39,427 nt of DNA from Escherichia phage 04922B. The position numbers and the translations under genes were made by a program. Location of the stretch: sequence record OP331230.1; one strand, given 5' to 3'. The notes under the pieces are model-generated. The model ran no database searches. It saw only the letters and a list, made by a program, of their open reading frames with translations, and was not told the DNA's origin. Shown piece by piece: positions 10,601 through 18,821 of this stretch. Numbering within the stretch: the first letter of the stretch is position 1; every line of letters starts with the position of its first letter.

Positions 10601-11579
10601 TAACTACCTTCTGGATGCGGCACGTCAAGGTATGCTAGGGGACGTTATTAGTGCCACCCTAACAGGTAAGACTACCCGCTGGGAGAAAGAAGGATTCCTT
10701 CGTGGCGCCTCCGTAACTCCTGAGCAGATGGCTGGCATCAAGTCTCTCATCAAGGAGCATATGGTCCGTGGCGAGGACGGGAAGTTTACCGTTAAGGACA
10801 AGCAAGCGTTCTCTATGGACCCTCGTGCTATGGACTTATGGCGACTTGCTGACAAGGTAGCTGATGAGGCAATGCTGCGTCCACACAAGGTGTCCTTACA
10901 GGATTCCCATGCGTTCGGAGCATTAGGTAAAATGGTTATGCAGTTTAAGTCTTTCACTATCAAGTCACTTAACTCTAAGTTCCTGCGAACCTTCTACGAT
11001 GGGTACAAGAACAACCGAGCGATTGACGCTGCGTTGACTGGTATCATCTCTATGGGTCTCGCTGGGGGTTACTACGCTATGGCTGCACACGTCAAAGCAT
11101 ATGGGATGCCTAAGGAGAAACGTAAGGAGTACTTGGAGAGAGCACTGGACCCAACCATGATTGCACACGCTTCGTTGTCTCGTAGTTCTCAATTGGGTGC
11201 TCCTTTGGCTATGGCTGACCTAGTAGGTGGTGTCTTAGGGTTCGAGTCGTCCAAGATGGCTCGCTCTACGATTCTACCTAAGGACACCATGAAGGAACGA
11301 GACCCAAACAAACCGTACACCTCCAGAGAGGTAATGGGAGCTATGGGTTCAAACCTTCTGGAACAGATGCCTTCTGCTGGCTTTGTGGCTAACGTAGGGG
11401 CTACCTTAATGAATGCTGCTGGCGTGGTCAACTCACCTAACAAAGCAACCGAGCAGGACTTCATGACTGGCTTGATGCACTCTACCAAAGAGTTAGTACC
11501 TAACGACCCTCTTACTCAACAGCTTGTGATTAAGATTTATGAGGCCAATGGTGTTAACTTAAGGGAACGTAGGAAATAA
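7623..11579 (+). CDS. 16: Internal virion protein D (gp16) with N-terminal lytic transglycosylase domain
   Basis: 1318-aa ORF; N-terminus carries the SLT-type signature WTESRF...GPLGMMQF; length equals T7 gp16. Confidence 0.95.
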   Translation: MDKYDKNVPSDYDGLFQKAADANGVSYDLLRKVAWTESRFVPTAKSKTGPLGMMQFTKATAKALGLRVTDGPDDDRLNPELAINAAAKHLAGLVGKFDGDELKAALAYNQGEGRLGNPQLEAYSKGDFASISEEGRNYMRSLLDVAKSPMAGQLETFGGITPKGKGIPAEVGLAGIGHKQKVTQELPESTSFDVKGIEQEAPAKPFAKDFWETHGETLDEYNSRSTFFGFKNAAEAELSNSVAGMAFRAGRLDNGFDVFKDTITPTRWNSHIWTPEELEKIRTEVKNPAYINVVTGGSPENLDDLIKLANENFENDSLAAEAGLGAKLSAGIIGAGVDPLSYVPMVGVTGKGFKLINKALVVGAESAALNVASEGLRTSVAGGDADYAGAALGGFVFGAGMSAISDAIAAGLKRSKPEAEFDNEFIGPMMRMEARETARNANSADLSRMNTENMKFEGEHNGVPYEDLSTEKGAVVLQDGSVLSASNPINPKTLKEFSEVDPEKAARGIKLAGFTEIGLKTLGSDDADIRRVAIDLVRSPTGMQSGASGKFGATASDIHERLHGTDQRTYNDLYKAMSDAMKDPEFSTGGAKMSREEARYTIYRRAALAIERPELQKALTPSERIVMDIIKRHFDTKRELMENPAIFGNTKAVSIFPESRHKGTYVPHVYDRHAKALMIQRYGAEGLQEGIARSWMNSYVSRPEVKARVDEMLKELHGVKEVTPEMVEKYAMDKAYGISHSDQFTNSSIIEENIEGLVGIENNSFLEARNLFDSDLSITMPDGQQFSVNDLRDFDMFRIMPAYDRRINGDIAIMGSTGKTTKELKDEILALKAKAEGDGKKTGEVHALMDTVKILTGRARRNQDTVWETSLRSINDLGFFAKNAYMGAQNLTEIAGMIATGNVRALGHGIPILRDTLYKSKPVSAKELKELHASLFGKEVDQLIRPKRADIVQRLREATDTGPAVANIVGTLKYSTQELAARSPWTKMLNGTTNYLLDAARQGMLGDVISATLTGKTTRWEKEGFLRGASVTPEQMAGIKSLIKEHMVRGEDGKFTVKDKQAFSMDPRAMDLWRLADKVADEAMLRPHKVSLQDSHAFGALGKMVMQFKSFTIKSLNSKFLRTFYDGYKNNRAIDAALTGIISMGLAGGYYAMAAHVKAYGMPKEKRKEYLERALDPTMIAHASLSRSSQLGAPLAMADLVGGVLGFESSKMARSTILPKDTMKERDPNKPYTSREVMGAMGSNLLEQMPSAGFVANVGATLMNAAGVVNSPNKATEQDFMTGLMHSTKELVPNDPLTQQLVIKIYEANGVNLRERRK

Positions 11580-11599
11580 TACGACTCACTATAGGGAGA
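11577..11599 (+). promoter_or_regulatory. T7-RNAP promoter phi17
   Basis: taatacgactcactatagggaga overlapping the gene 16 stop codon. Confidence 0.93.
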
Positions 11600-11651
11600 G
11601 GCGAAGGAATCTTCTCCCTGTAGTCTCTTAGATTTACTTTAAGGAGGTCAA

Positions 11652-13316
11652 ATGGCTAACGTAATTAAAACCGTTTTGACTTACCCGTTAGATGGCTCCA
11701 ATCGTGATTTTAATATCCCGTTTGAGTATCTAGCCCGTAAGTTCGTAGTGGTAACTCTTATTGGTGTAGACCGAAAGGTCCTTACTATTAATACAGACTA
11801 CCGTTTTGCTACGCGTACTACCATCTCACTGACCAAGGCTTGGGGTCCAGCTGATGGCTATACTACCATCGAGTTACGTCGAGTAACCTCCACGACCGAT
11901 AGATTGGTTGACTTTACGGACGGCTCAATCCTCCGTGCGTATGACCTTAACGTCGCTCAGATTCAGACCATGCACGTTGCTGAGGAAGCGCGTGACCTTA
12001 CCGCTGATACTATTGGTGTCAACAACGATGGTCACTTGGACGCTCGTGGTCGCCGTATCGTGAACCTTGCTAACGCCGTGGATGACCGTGACGCTGTTCC
12101 GCTGGGGCAACTCAAGACCATGAACCAGAACTCGTGGCAGGCGCGTAATGAGGCCCTACAGTTCCGTAATGAGGCTGAGACTTTCAGAAATCAAGCGGAG
12201 GGCTTTAAGAACGAGTCTAGCACTAACGCTACGAACACTAATCAGTGGCGTAATGAGGCTAAGGGGTTCCGTGATGAAGCAGAGCAGTTCAAGAATACGG
12301 CTGGTCAATATGCTACATCTGCTGGGAACTCTGCTACTGCCGCACATCAATCTGAGGTGAACGCTGCTAACTCCGCAACTGCTTCCGCTAACTCTGCTAC
12401 TCTGGCAGAACAGCAAGCAGACCGCGCCGAGCGTGAGGCTGATAAACTTGGTAACTGGAACGGACTTGCTGGTGCTGTAGATAGTGTTCAGGGTGATAGT
12501 GTATTCTGGAAAGGAAGCGGCTATTGGGTCGGAGGTCCCGTATACCGACTACAAACGAACCACGCGTTTAGGTTCCGTATGGGTCTTTGGGAAGAAGGCG
12601 ACTTCCTTAAGTCTGACTTCGCTATGGACCGACCGGACGGTATAGGGTTCATAGAGTATGCAGCGGACAAGACTGGTCAACATCGTCACCAGATTCGACT
12701 TAATCAGTTAACAATAGCTGGCGGTGTGTTAGAGTCAGATGCTGATGGTTTCATATCCCACGCTTTCGCTGACCAGTACACCACTAAAGCTCCCTTCTTC
12801 CAGCAGATTCAGGTACAATCTACAAGCTCATATCACCCAATAATAAAGCAACGAACTTACCAATCTGGACGGTGGGCAGGATGCTGGTCTATCGGTACAT
12901 TGCTGACTGGAACGCATCCGTCATTCCACATACATATGAGAGACGAATCGTCAAATGATAAACTTTGGACGTTCAATACCAATGGAGACTTCCTCGTCCC
13001 TGGGGAGATTTGGGCCAATGGTGGGCGTGTGGTTGTACAGAATGGCTCTTTTAACCCTGCTGGTAGAGTTTGGGGTACTGCGTATGATTCTGGATACCTA
13101 GATGATTGGATAAGGGCTAACTGGCCCGGCGATATTTATTGGGGTCCTCAACGCTGGGTACAAAAGTGGGGAGGTTATGCAGACATAGTTGCTGGTGCTG
13201 GGGAAGCATGCTCTGGTGTAACCGCTGATGGTAGCGGTAACGTTGCGGGTGCATTCTTCCGAGCGCTTTGGCTTGGATATCACAACGGTAATAAACGATT
13301 GGTTGCTTCCCAATAA
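11652..13316 (+). CDS. 17: Tail fiber protein gp17; T7-like N-terminal half, unrelated C-terminal distal domain
   Basis: 554-aa ORF. Residues 1 to about 285 (MANVIKTVLTY...ADRAEREADKL) match T7 gp17; the rest (...FHIHMRD...GNKRLVASQ) does not match the T7 C-terminus I recall. Confidence 0.9.
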   Translation: MANVIKTVLTYPLDGSNRDFNIPFEYLARKFVVVTLIGVDRKVLTINTDYRFATRTTISLTKAWGPADGYTTIELRRVTSTTDRLVDFTDGSILRAYDLNVAQIQTMHVAEEARDLTADTIGVNNDGHLDARGRRIVNLANAVDDRDAVPLGQLKTMNQNSWQARNEALQFRNEAETFRNQAEGFKNESSTNATNTNQWRNEAKGFRDEAEQFKNTAGQYATSAGNSATAAHQSEVNAANSATASANSATLAEQQADRAEREADKLGNWNGLAGAVDSVQGDSVFWKGSGYWVGGPVYRLQTNHAFRFRMGLWEEGDFLKSDFAMDRPDGIGFIEYAADKTGQHRHQIRLNQLTIAGGVLESDADGFISHAFADQYTTKAPFFQQIQVQSTSSYHPIIKQRTYQSGRWAGCWSIGTLLTGTHPSFHIHMRDESSNDKLWTFNTNGDFLVPGEIWANGGRVVVQNGSFNPAGRVWGTAYDSGYLDDWIRANWPGDIYWGPQRWVQKWGGYADIVAGAGEACSGVTADGSGNVAGAFFRALWLGYHNGNKRLVASQ

Positions 13317-13325
13317 GGAGACATT

Positions 13326-13709
13326 ATGCGTAAATTTACTAACTGGACATACGAAGTAACTACCGCTTACGGCGGTATCGCCACTTATGACGTGACGGCC
13401 TCTTGTGGGACCGATTGGTATGAACTCATGGTTGAACTTGAGGACCGACCTGAGAGATGGGTCGTCGGTCTTGATAAGAACGGATTCATCTCATGGTTCT
13501 CCGATGGTACTGTTAACGGCACTTATGCGCCACCTGAGGGCGGTCTGGTGATTGTCACCGATGAGTTCGACCCTGAGTGGCAACGTGTTAAACTTTGGAA
13601 CGGGGAGTCCTTCGAGGATATCCCTAAGCCACCTAAACGTACACCTGAGGAAATCCAAGCAGACCTTGAGGCTCTGATGGTTGAACTTCGTGCGCTTAGG
13701 GAGGGATAA
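13326..13709 (+). CDS. Inserted 127-aa ORF absent from T7; possible tail-fiber assembly chaperone
   Basis: Strong RBS taaggagacattATG; sits between gene 17 and the holin where T7 has only a short spacer; segment PPEGGLVIVTDEFDPEWQRVKLWNGESF weakly resembles Tfa-type assembly proteins (memory-based, unverified). Confidence 0.6.
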   Translation: MRKFTNWTYEVTTAYGGIATYDVTASCGTDWYELMVELEDRPERWVVGLDKNGFISWFSDGTVNGTYAPPEGGLVIVTDEFDPEWQRVKLWNGESFEDIPKPPKRTPEEIQADLEALMVELRALREG

Positions 13710-13723
13710 TGGAGGTAAACTAA

Positions 13724-13927
13724 ATGTTGTCTTTAGATTTCAACAACGAAATCGTAAAGGCGGCTCCGATTGTCGGGACGGGTGTGGCTGATGGTGCAGC
13801 CCGTCTCTTCTTTGGATTGTCGCTAAACGAATGGTTCTACGTTGCCGCTATCGCCTACACAGTGGTTCAGATTGGTGCCAAGGTAGTCGATAAGATGATT
13901 GACTGGAAGAGAGCCAATAAGGAGTGA
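13724..13927 (+). CDS. 17.5: Type II holin (gp17.5)
   Basis: 67-aa ORF MLSLDFNNEIVKAAPIVGTGVADGAARLFFGLSLNEWFYVAAIAYTVVQIGAKVV..., recognised as T7 gp17.5. Confidence 0.93.
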   Translation: MLSLDFNNEIVKAAPIVGTGVADGAARLFFGLSLNEWFYVAAIAYTVVQIGAKVVDKMIDWKRANKE

Positions 13928-13932
13928 TACAT

Positions 13933-14202
13933 ATGGAAAAGGATAAGAGCCTTATTACATTCTTAGAGATGTTGGACACTGCGATGGCTCAGCGTATGCT
14001 TGCTGATTTATCCAATGATGAGCGTCGGACTCCGCAACTTTATAATGCTATTAACAAACTGTTAGACCGACACAAGTTCCAGATTGGTAAGTTGCAGCCG
14101 GATGTTCACATCTTGGGCGGCCTTGCTGGTGCTCTTGAAGAGTACAAAGAGAAAGTCGGTGATAACGGTCTTACGGATGACGATATTTACACATTACAGT
14201 GA
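13933..14202 (+). CDS. 18: Terminase small subunit (gp18)
   Basis: MEKDKSLITFLEMLDTAMAQRMLADLS... recognised as T7 gp18; ATG at 13933 chosen over the upstream in-frame ATG of the 13924 ORF to match the T7 N-terminus. Confidence 0.92.
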   Translation: MEKDKSLITFLEMLDTAMAQRMLADLSNDERRTPQLYNAINKLLDRHKFQIGKLQPDVHILGGLAGALEEYKEKVGDNGLTDDDIYTLQ

Positions 14203-14247
14203 TATGCTCAAGGCCACTACATATAGTGGTCTTTATGGATGTCATTG
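14203..14247 (+). promoter_or_regulatory. RNase III processing hairpin (R18.5-like)
   Basis: ctcaaggccactac...gtggtctttatg, the conserved T7 RNase III stem-loop architecture. Confidence 0.7.
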
Positions 14248-14296
14248 TCTACACGAGATGCTCCTACGTGAAATCTGAAAGTTAACGGGAGGCATT

Positions 14297-14743
14297 ATGC
14301 TACAATTTTTACGTAAGCTGGTCCCTTGGGTTATCGCTGGGATGCTGTTCGGATGGGGATGGCAACTTGGGGCTGACTCAATGGACGCCAAGTGGAAACA
14401 GGAGGTACAGAATGAGTACGTTAAGAGAGTTGAGGCTACGGCGAGCACTCAAAGAGCAATCAATGAGATATCGGCTAAGTATCAAGAAGACCTTGCCGCG
14501 CTGGAAGGGAGCACTGATAGGATTATTTCTGATTTGCGTAGCGACAATAAGCGGCTGCGCGTCAGAGTCAAAACTACCGGAACCTCCGATGGTGAGTGTG
14601 GATTCGAGCCTGATGGTCGAGCCGAACTTGACGACCGAGATGCTAAAAGTATTCTCGCAGTGACCCAAAAGGGTGACGCGTGGATTCGTGCCCTACAGGA
14701 CACTATACGAGAATTACAGAATAAGCAGGAGGTTAAGCAATGA
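14297..14743 (+). CDS. 18.5: i-spanin, Rz-like (gp18.5)
   Basis: 148-aa [25 protein letters not shown]... with N-terminal TM segment; recognised as T7 gp18.5. Confidence 0.92.
   Translation: MLQFLRKLVPWVIAGMLFGWGWQLGADSMDAKWKQEVQNEYVKRVEATASTQRAINEISAKYQEDLAALEGSTDRIISDLRSDNKRLRVRVKTTGTSDGECGFEPDGRAELDDRDAKSILAVTQKGDAWIRALQDTIRELQNKQEVKQ
14412..14663 (+). CDS. 18.7: o-spanin, Rz1-like lipoprotein (gp18.7), embedded in 18.5 in another frame
   Basis: [16 protein letters not shown]... with lipobox ATISGCAS; recognised as T7 gp18.7. Confidence 0.88.
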   Translation: MSTLRELRLRRALKEQSMRYRLSIKKTLPRWKGALIGLFLICVATISGCASESKLPEPPMVSVDSSLMVEPNLTTEMLKVFSQ

Positions 14744-16512
14744 GGAAAGGTGTATCTGCTCAGTCCAATCGTAATGCGCTCGTTGTGGCGCAACTAAAGG
14801 GTGACTTCGTGGCGTTCCTGTTCGTCTTATGGAAGGCGTTAAATCTACCAGTACCAACTAAGTGTCAAATTGACATGGCTAAGGTACTAGCGAATGGGGA
14901 CAACAAGAAGTTCATCCTACAGGCTTTCCGTGGTATCGGTAAGTCGTTCATCACTTGTGCGTTCGTCGTGTGGTCCTTATGGAGGGACCCTCAGTTGAAG
15001 ATACTTATCGTATCAGCTTCTAAAGAACGTGCAGACGCTAACTCCATATTCATCAAGAACATCATTGACCTGCTACCGTTTCTCAGTGAGTTGAAGCCGA
15101 GACCCGGACAGCGTGACTCTGTGATTAGTTTTGATGTTGGTCCTGCTAGTCCTGACCACTCGCCTAGTGTGAAATCAGTTGGTATCACTGGTCAGTTAAC
15201 TGGTAGTCGTGCTGACATTATCATTGCGGATGACGTTGAGATTCCTTCTAACAGTGCGACTATGGGTGCCCGTGAGAAGCTATGGACTCTGGTTCAGGAG
15301 TTCGCTGCGTTACTTAAGCCGCTGCCTACTTCTCGTGTTATCTACCTTGGTACACCTCAAACTGAGATGACTCTCTATAAGGAACTGGAAGATAACCGTG
15401 GGTATACAACCATTATCTGGCCTGCTCTGTACCCAAGGACTCGTGAGGAGAATCTTTACTACGCCCAACGTCTGGCTCCAATGCTCCGTGCGGAGTACGA
15501 GGAGAATCCTGAGGCGCTTGCTGGTACACCTACAGACCCTGTTCGATTCGACAGAGATGACCTACGTGAGCGTGAGTTGGAATACGGTAAGGCTGGCTTT
15601 ACGTTGCAGTTCATGCTTAACCCGAACCTGAGTGATGCCGAGAAGTACCCTCTGAGGCTCCGTGACGCTATCGTAGCGGCCTTAGACTTAGAGAAGGCAC
15701 CAATGCATTACCAGTGGCTTCCGAACCGTCAGAACATCATTGAGGACCTTCCTAACGTGGGCCTTAAGGGTGATGACCTGCACACGTACCATGAGTGCTC
15801 GAATAACTCTGGTCAGTATCAGCAGAAGATTCTGGTCATTGACCCTAGTGGTCGCGGTAAGGATGAAACAGGTTACGCTGTACTGTATACCCTAAACGGG
15901 TACATCTACCTCATGGAAGCTGGTGGTTTCCGTGATGGCTACTCCGATAAGACCCTTGAGTTACTCGCTAAGAAAGCTAAGCAATGGGGAGTCCAGACGG
16001 TTGTCTACGAGAGTAACTTCGGTGATGGTATGTTTGGTAAGGTATTCAGTCCTATCCTTCTTAAACACCACAACTGTGCTATGGAAGAGATTCGTGCTCG
16101 TGGTATGAAGGAGATGCGTATTTGTGATACCCTTGAGCCAGTCATGCAGACTCACCGCCTTGTCATTCGTGATGAGGTCATTAGGGCAGACTATCAGTCC
16201 GCTCGTGATGTAGACGGTAAGCATGACGTTAAGTATTCACTGTTCTACCAGATGACTCGTATCACTCGTGAGAAAGGCGCTCTGGCACACGATGACCGAT
16301 TGGATGCCCTTGCGTTAGGCGTTGAGTACCTCCGTGAGTCCATGCAATTGGATTCCGTTAAGGTCGAGGGTGAAGTTCTTGCTGACTTCCTTGAGGAACA
16401 CATGATGCGTCCTACAGTGTCTGCTACCCACATCATTGAGATGTCTGTAGGAGGAGTTGATGTGTACTCTGAGGATGATGAGGGCTACGGTACGTCTTTC
16501 ATTGAGTGGTGA
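14740..16512 (+). CDS. 19: Terminase large subunit (gp19)
   Basis: 590-aa ORF with Walker A FRGIGKSF; near-identical to T7 gp19 apart from an ATG-initiated N-terminus (MRKGVSAQ...). Confidence 0.96.
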   Translation: MRKGVSAQSNRNALVVAQLKGDFVAFLFVLWKALNLPVPTKCQIDMAKVLANGDNKKFILQAFRGIGKSFITCAFVVWSLWRDPQLKILIVSASKERADANSIFIKNIIDLLPFLSELKPRPGQRDSVISFDVGPASPDHSPSVKSVGITGQLTGSRADIIIADDVEIPSNSATMGAREKLWTLVQEFAALLKPLPTSRVIYLGTPQTEMTLYKELEDNRGYTTIIWPALYPRTREENLYYAQRLAPMLRAEYEENPEALAGTPTDPVRFDRDDLRERELEYGKAGFTLQFMLNPNLSDAEKYPLRLRDAIVAALDLEKAPMHYQWLPNRQNIIEDLPNVGLKGDDLHTYHECSNNSGQYQQKILVIDPSGRGKDETGYAVLYTLNGYIYLMEAGGFRDGYSDKTLELLAKKAKQWGVQTVVYESNFGDGMFGKVFSPILLKHHNCAMEEIRARGMKEMRICDTLEPVMQTHRLVIRDEVIRADYQSARDVDGKHDVKYSLFYQMTRITREKGALAHDDRLDALALGVEYLRESMQLDSVKVEGEVLADFLEEHMMRPTVSATHIIEMSVGGVDVYSEDDEGYGTSFIEW

Positions 16513-16593
16513 TTTATGCAGTAAGATTGCATAGGGATGCACTATAGACCACGGATGGTCAGTTCTTTAAGTTACTGAAAAGACACATTAAAT

Positions 16594-16616
16594 TAATACG
16601 ACTCACTATAGGGAGA
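16594..16616 (+). promoter_or_regulatory. T7-RNAP promoter phiOR
   Basis: taatacgactcactatagggaga upstream of gene 19.5. Confidence 0.92.
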
Positions 16617-16772
16617 GGAGGGACGAAAGGTTACTATATAGATACTGAATGAATACTTATAGAGTGCATAAAGTATGCATAATGGTGTACCTAAAGTGAC
16701 CTCTAAGAATGGTGATTATATTGTTATTAATATCACCTCTAACTTAAAGACCAACATAAAGGGAGGAGACTC

Positions 16773-16922
16773 ATGTTCCGCTTATTGTTGAACTTACTGC
16801 GGCATAGAGTCACCTACCGATTTCTTGTGGTACTTTGTGCTGCCCTTGGGTACGCATCTCTTACTGGAGACCTCAGTTCACTGGAGTCTGCCGTTTGCTC
16901 TTTACTCACTTGTAGCGATTAA
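16773..16922 (+). CDS. 19.5: gp19.5, small protein of unknown function
   Basis: 49-aa ORF MFRLLLNLLRHRVTYRFLVVLCAALGYASLTGDLSSLESAVCSLLTCSD, recognised as T7 gp19.5; below the 60-aa cutoff of the ORF track. Confidence 0.85.
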   Translation: MFRLLLNLLRHRVTYRFLVVLCAALGYASLTGDLSSLESAVCSLLTCSD

Positions 16923-17161
16923 GGTCTTCCTGACAGACTGATGGCTCACCGAGGGATTCAGCGGTATGATTGCATCACACCACTTCATCCCTATAGAGTC
17001 AAGTCCTAAGGTATACCCATAAAGAGCCTCTAATGGTCTATCCTAAGGTCTATACCTAAAGATAGACCATCCTATCAGTGCCACCTAAAGAGGGTCTCAG
17101 AGAGGGCCTAAGGAGTCCCTAGAGGGTCCTTTAAAATATACCATAAAAATCTGAGTGACTA

Positions 17162-17309
17162 TCTCACAGTGTACGGACCTAAAGTTCCCCCCATAGGGGT
17201 ACCTAAAGCCCAGCCAATCACCTAAAGTCAACCTTCGGTTGACCTTGAGGGTTCCCTAGGGTTGGGGTTGGGTCATTGGGTTTACCTTTGAGTGTCTCTC
17301 TGTGTCCCT
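17162..17309. repeat. Terminal repeat of the mature linear genome, single copy (concatemer-junction form)
   Basis: tctcacagtgtacggacctaaag...gagtgtctctctgtgtccct matches the T7 terminal-repeat start and end; exact boundaries are approximate. Confidence 0.75.
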
Positions 17310-17460
17310 ATCTGTTACAGCCTCCTAAAGTCACCTCCTAAAGTCATTCCTACCGTCTACAACCTAAAGACTACACTTAAAGACCCATTCAGTCAATCCC
17401 TATCTTAAAGATAATCCTAAAGACCATACCTAAAGACCATACCTAAAGATGCCTTGTTGT
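17310..17460. repeat. Left-end array of short cctaaag-type direct repeats
   Basis: Repeated cctaaag, cttaaag and acctaaagaccat units visible by eye, as at the T7 left end. Confidence 0.7.
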
Positions 17461-17494
17461 TACCTATAAAGAGATTATCTTTAATCATTGTCTT

Positions 17495-17517
17495 TAATAC
17501 AACTCACTATAAGGAGA
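17495..17517 (+). promoter_or_regulatory. T7-RNAP promoter phiOL (left-end variant)
   Basis: taatacaactcactataaggaga, the phiOL-type variant of the consensus. Confidence 0.85.
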
Positions 17518-17566
17518 CTACTTAAAGGCCTTAAAGAGATTAATCAAAATAATTTAAAAAAGAGTA

Positions 17567-17595
17567 TTGACTTAAAGAGTCCTACAGATTATTAT
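17567..17595 (+). promoter_or_regulatory. Host sigma70 early promoter A1
   Basis: -35 TTGACT, 17-bp spacer, -10 TATTAT. Confidence 0.8.
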
Positions 17596-17693
17596 TCATC
17601 TCGTCAACGGGACAACGGCCTAAAGCCACTCCCTGAGATACCGGGGTCAACCGGATAAGTAGACAGCCTGATAAGTCATATGAAAAACAGGCA

Positions 17694-17723
17694 TTGACAA
17701 CACGCAGTAACATGCAGTAAGAT
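17694..17723 (+). promoter_or_regulatory. Host sigma70 early promoter A2
   Basis: -35 TTGACA, 18-bp spacer, -10 TAAGAT. Confidence 0.8.
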
Positions 17724-17798
17724 GCACAGCGTCAACCGGACGAACGGTGTCTTCTAGGTGACTTAAGCGCACCACGGCACACAAGGTGAAACAAACGG

Positions 17799-17827
17799 TT
17801 GACAACATGCAGTAAACACGGTACGAT
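17799..17827 (+). promoter_or_regulatory. Host sigma70 early promoter A3
   Basis: -35 TTGACA, 17-bp spacer, -10 TACGAT. Confidence 0.8.
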
Positions 17828-17945
17828 GTACCACAAGCATTAAGGGTGTAGGGATAGGAACCGAGAAACCTGCCCGTGACCCGCCAAGGATAAGGCACTA
17901 GCCATGAGTCGAATTCGGTCACTCATCGCATAAAAGAATAACAGG

Positions 17946-17974
17946 TTGACAGCCTCCTTTAAAAGCTGTAAGAT
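17946..17974 (+). promoter_or_regulatory. Additional sigma70 promoter-like element (fourth A-type promoter)
   Basis: -35 TTGACA, 17-bp spacer, -10 TAAGAT, inside a segment I do not recall in T7 between A3 and gene 0.3. Confidence 0.6.
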
Positions 17975-18176
17975 GTACCACAGAAAGACACCGAGTGTCG
18001 TAGGTGTAAAAACGCGACATAGTGGATAGATGCCGAAAGCACAAGCGACCACGATAATAAAGAGCTTGTCGGATATATAACGCAAGTGACGGCTAACACT
18101 GAAACAGCCTCGGCTCGATGAAACTGTAGCTTAAAGTTCTTTAACAATCTGGTAAACGGCTCTTGAGTGTACACAC

Positions 18177-18228
18177 GTAGCGGATAACTCAAGGGTATCG
18201 CAAGGTGCCCTTTATGATATTCACTACT
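18177..18228 (+). promoter_or_regulatory. RNase III processing site R0.3
   Basis: agcggataactcaagggtatcgcaaggtgccctttatgatattcac, the conserved hairpin upstream of gene 0.3. Confidence 0.8.
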
Positions 18229-18253
18229 AACCACACACATGAGGTAACACAAG

Positions 18254-18601
18254 ATGGCTATGTCTAACATGACTTATAACAACGTTTTCGACCACGCTTA
18301 CGAAATGCTGAAAGAAAACATCCGTTATGATGACATCCGTGACACTGATGACCTGCACGATGCAGTACACATGGCAGCCGATAGCGCCGTTCCGCACTAT
18401 TACAGCGACATTTTCAGCGTAATGGCAAGCGAGGGCATTGACCTTGAGTTCGAAGACTCTGGCCTGATGCCGGACACCAAGGACGTAATCCGTATCCTGC
18501 AAGCGCGTATCTATGAGCAACTCACGATTGACCTCTGGGAAGACGCTGAGGACTTGCTGAACGAGTACCTTGAGGAAGTCGAAGAAGAGGATGAAGAGTA
18601 A
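18254..18601 (+). CDS. 0.3: Ocr, DNA-mimic inhibitor of type I restriction-modification (gp0.3)
   Basis: 115-aa acidic protein [36 protein letters not shown]...EEVEEEDEE, recognised as T7 Ocr. Confidence 0.95.
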   Translation: MAMSNMTYNNVFDHAYEMLKENIRYDDIRDTDDLHDAVHMAADSAVPHYYSDIFSVMASEGIDLEFEDSGLMPDTKDVIRILQARIYEQLTIDLWEDAEDLLNEYLEEVEEEDEE

Positions 18602-18753
18602 TGGCTAACAACGTGCAATATGGTCTGACCGCTCAAACTGTGCTGTTCTATAGCGACATGGTGCGCTGTGGCTTTAACTGGTCGCTCGCAATGGAACACC
18701 TTAAGGAACTGTACGAAAACAACAAGGCAATAGCCTTGGAGTCTGCTGAGTGA
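18601..18753 (+). CDS. 0.4: gp0.4, FtsZ inhibitor
   Basis: 50-aa [53 protein letters not shown], recognised as T7 gp0.4; TAATG overlap with 0.3. Confidence 0.88.
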   Translation: MANNVQYGLTAQTVLFYSDMVRCGFNWSLAMEHLKELYENNKAIALESAE

Positions 18754-18796
18754 TAGGCTCAAGGTCGCTCGATATGAGTGGCCTTTATGATTATCA
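18753..18796 (+). promoter_or_regulatory. RNase III-like hairpin, upstream copy of a duplicated site
   Basis: ctcaaggtcgctcgatatgagtggcctttatgattatcac, nearly identical to the site at 19070-19114. Confidence 0.7.
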
Positions 18797-18821
18797 CTTA
18801 ACACGCTATAGGACTAATATC

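Noticed and set aside
14084-14278. 64-aa plus-strand ORF overlapping the end of gene 18 and the R18.5 hairpin
   Set aside because: Overlaps gene 18 in another frame and spans the RNase III stem-loop; no RBS.
17310-17460. Short direct repeats (cctaaag units) considered as a possible CRISPR array
   Set aside because: Units are only 7-12 bp with irregular spacing and no spacer structure; they match the known left-end repeat array of T7-type genomes.
17647-18270. Three minus-strand ORFs (91, 81 and 103 aa) across the early promoter region
   Set aside because: They lie antisense to the A promoters and the R0.3 site; this region is non-coding in T7-group phages and no RBS or promoter is evident on the minus strand.
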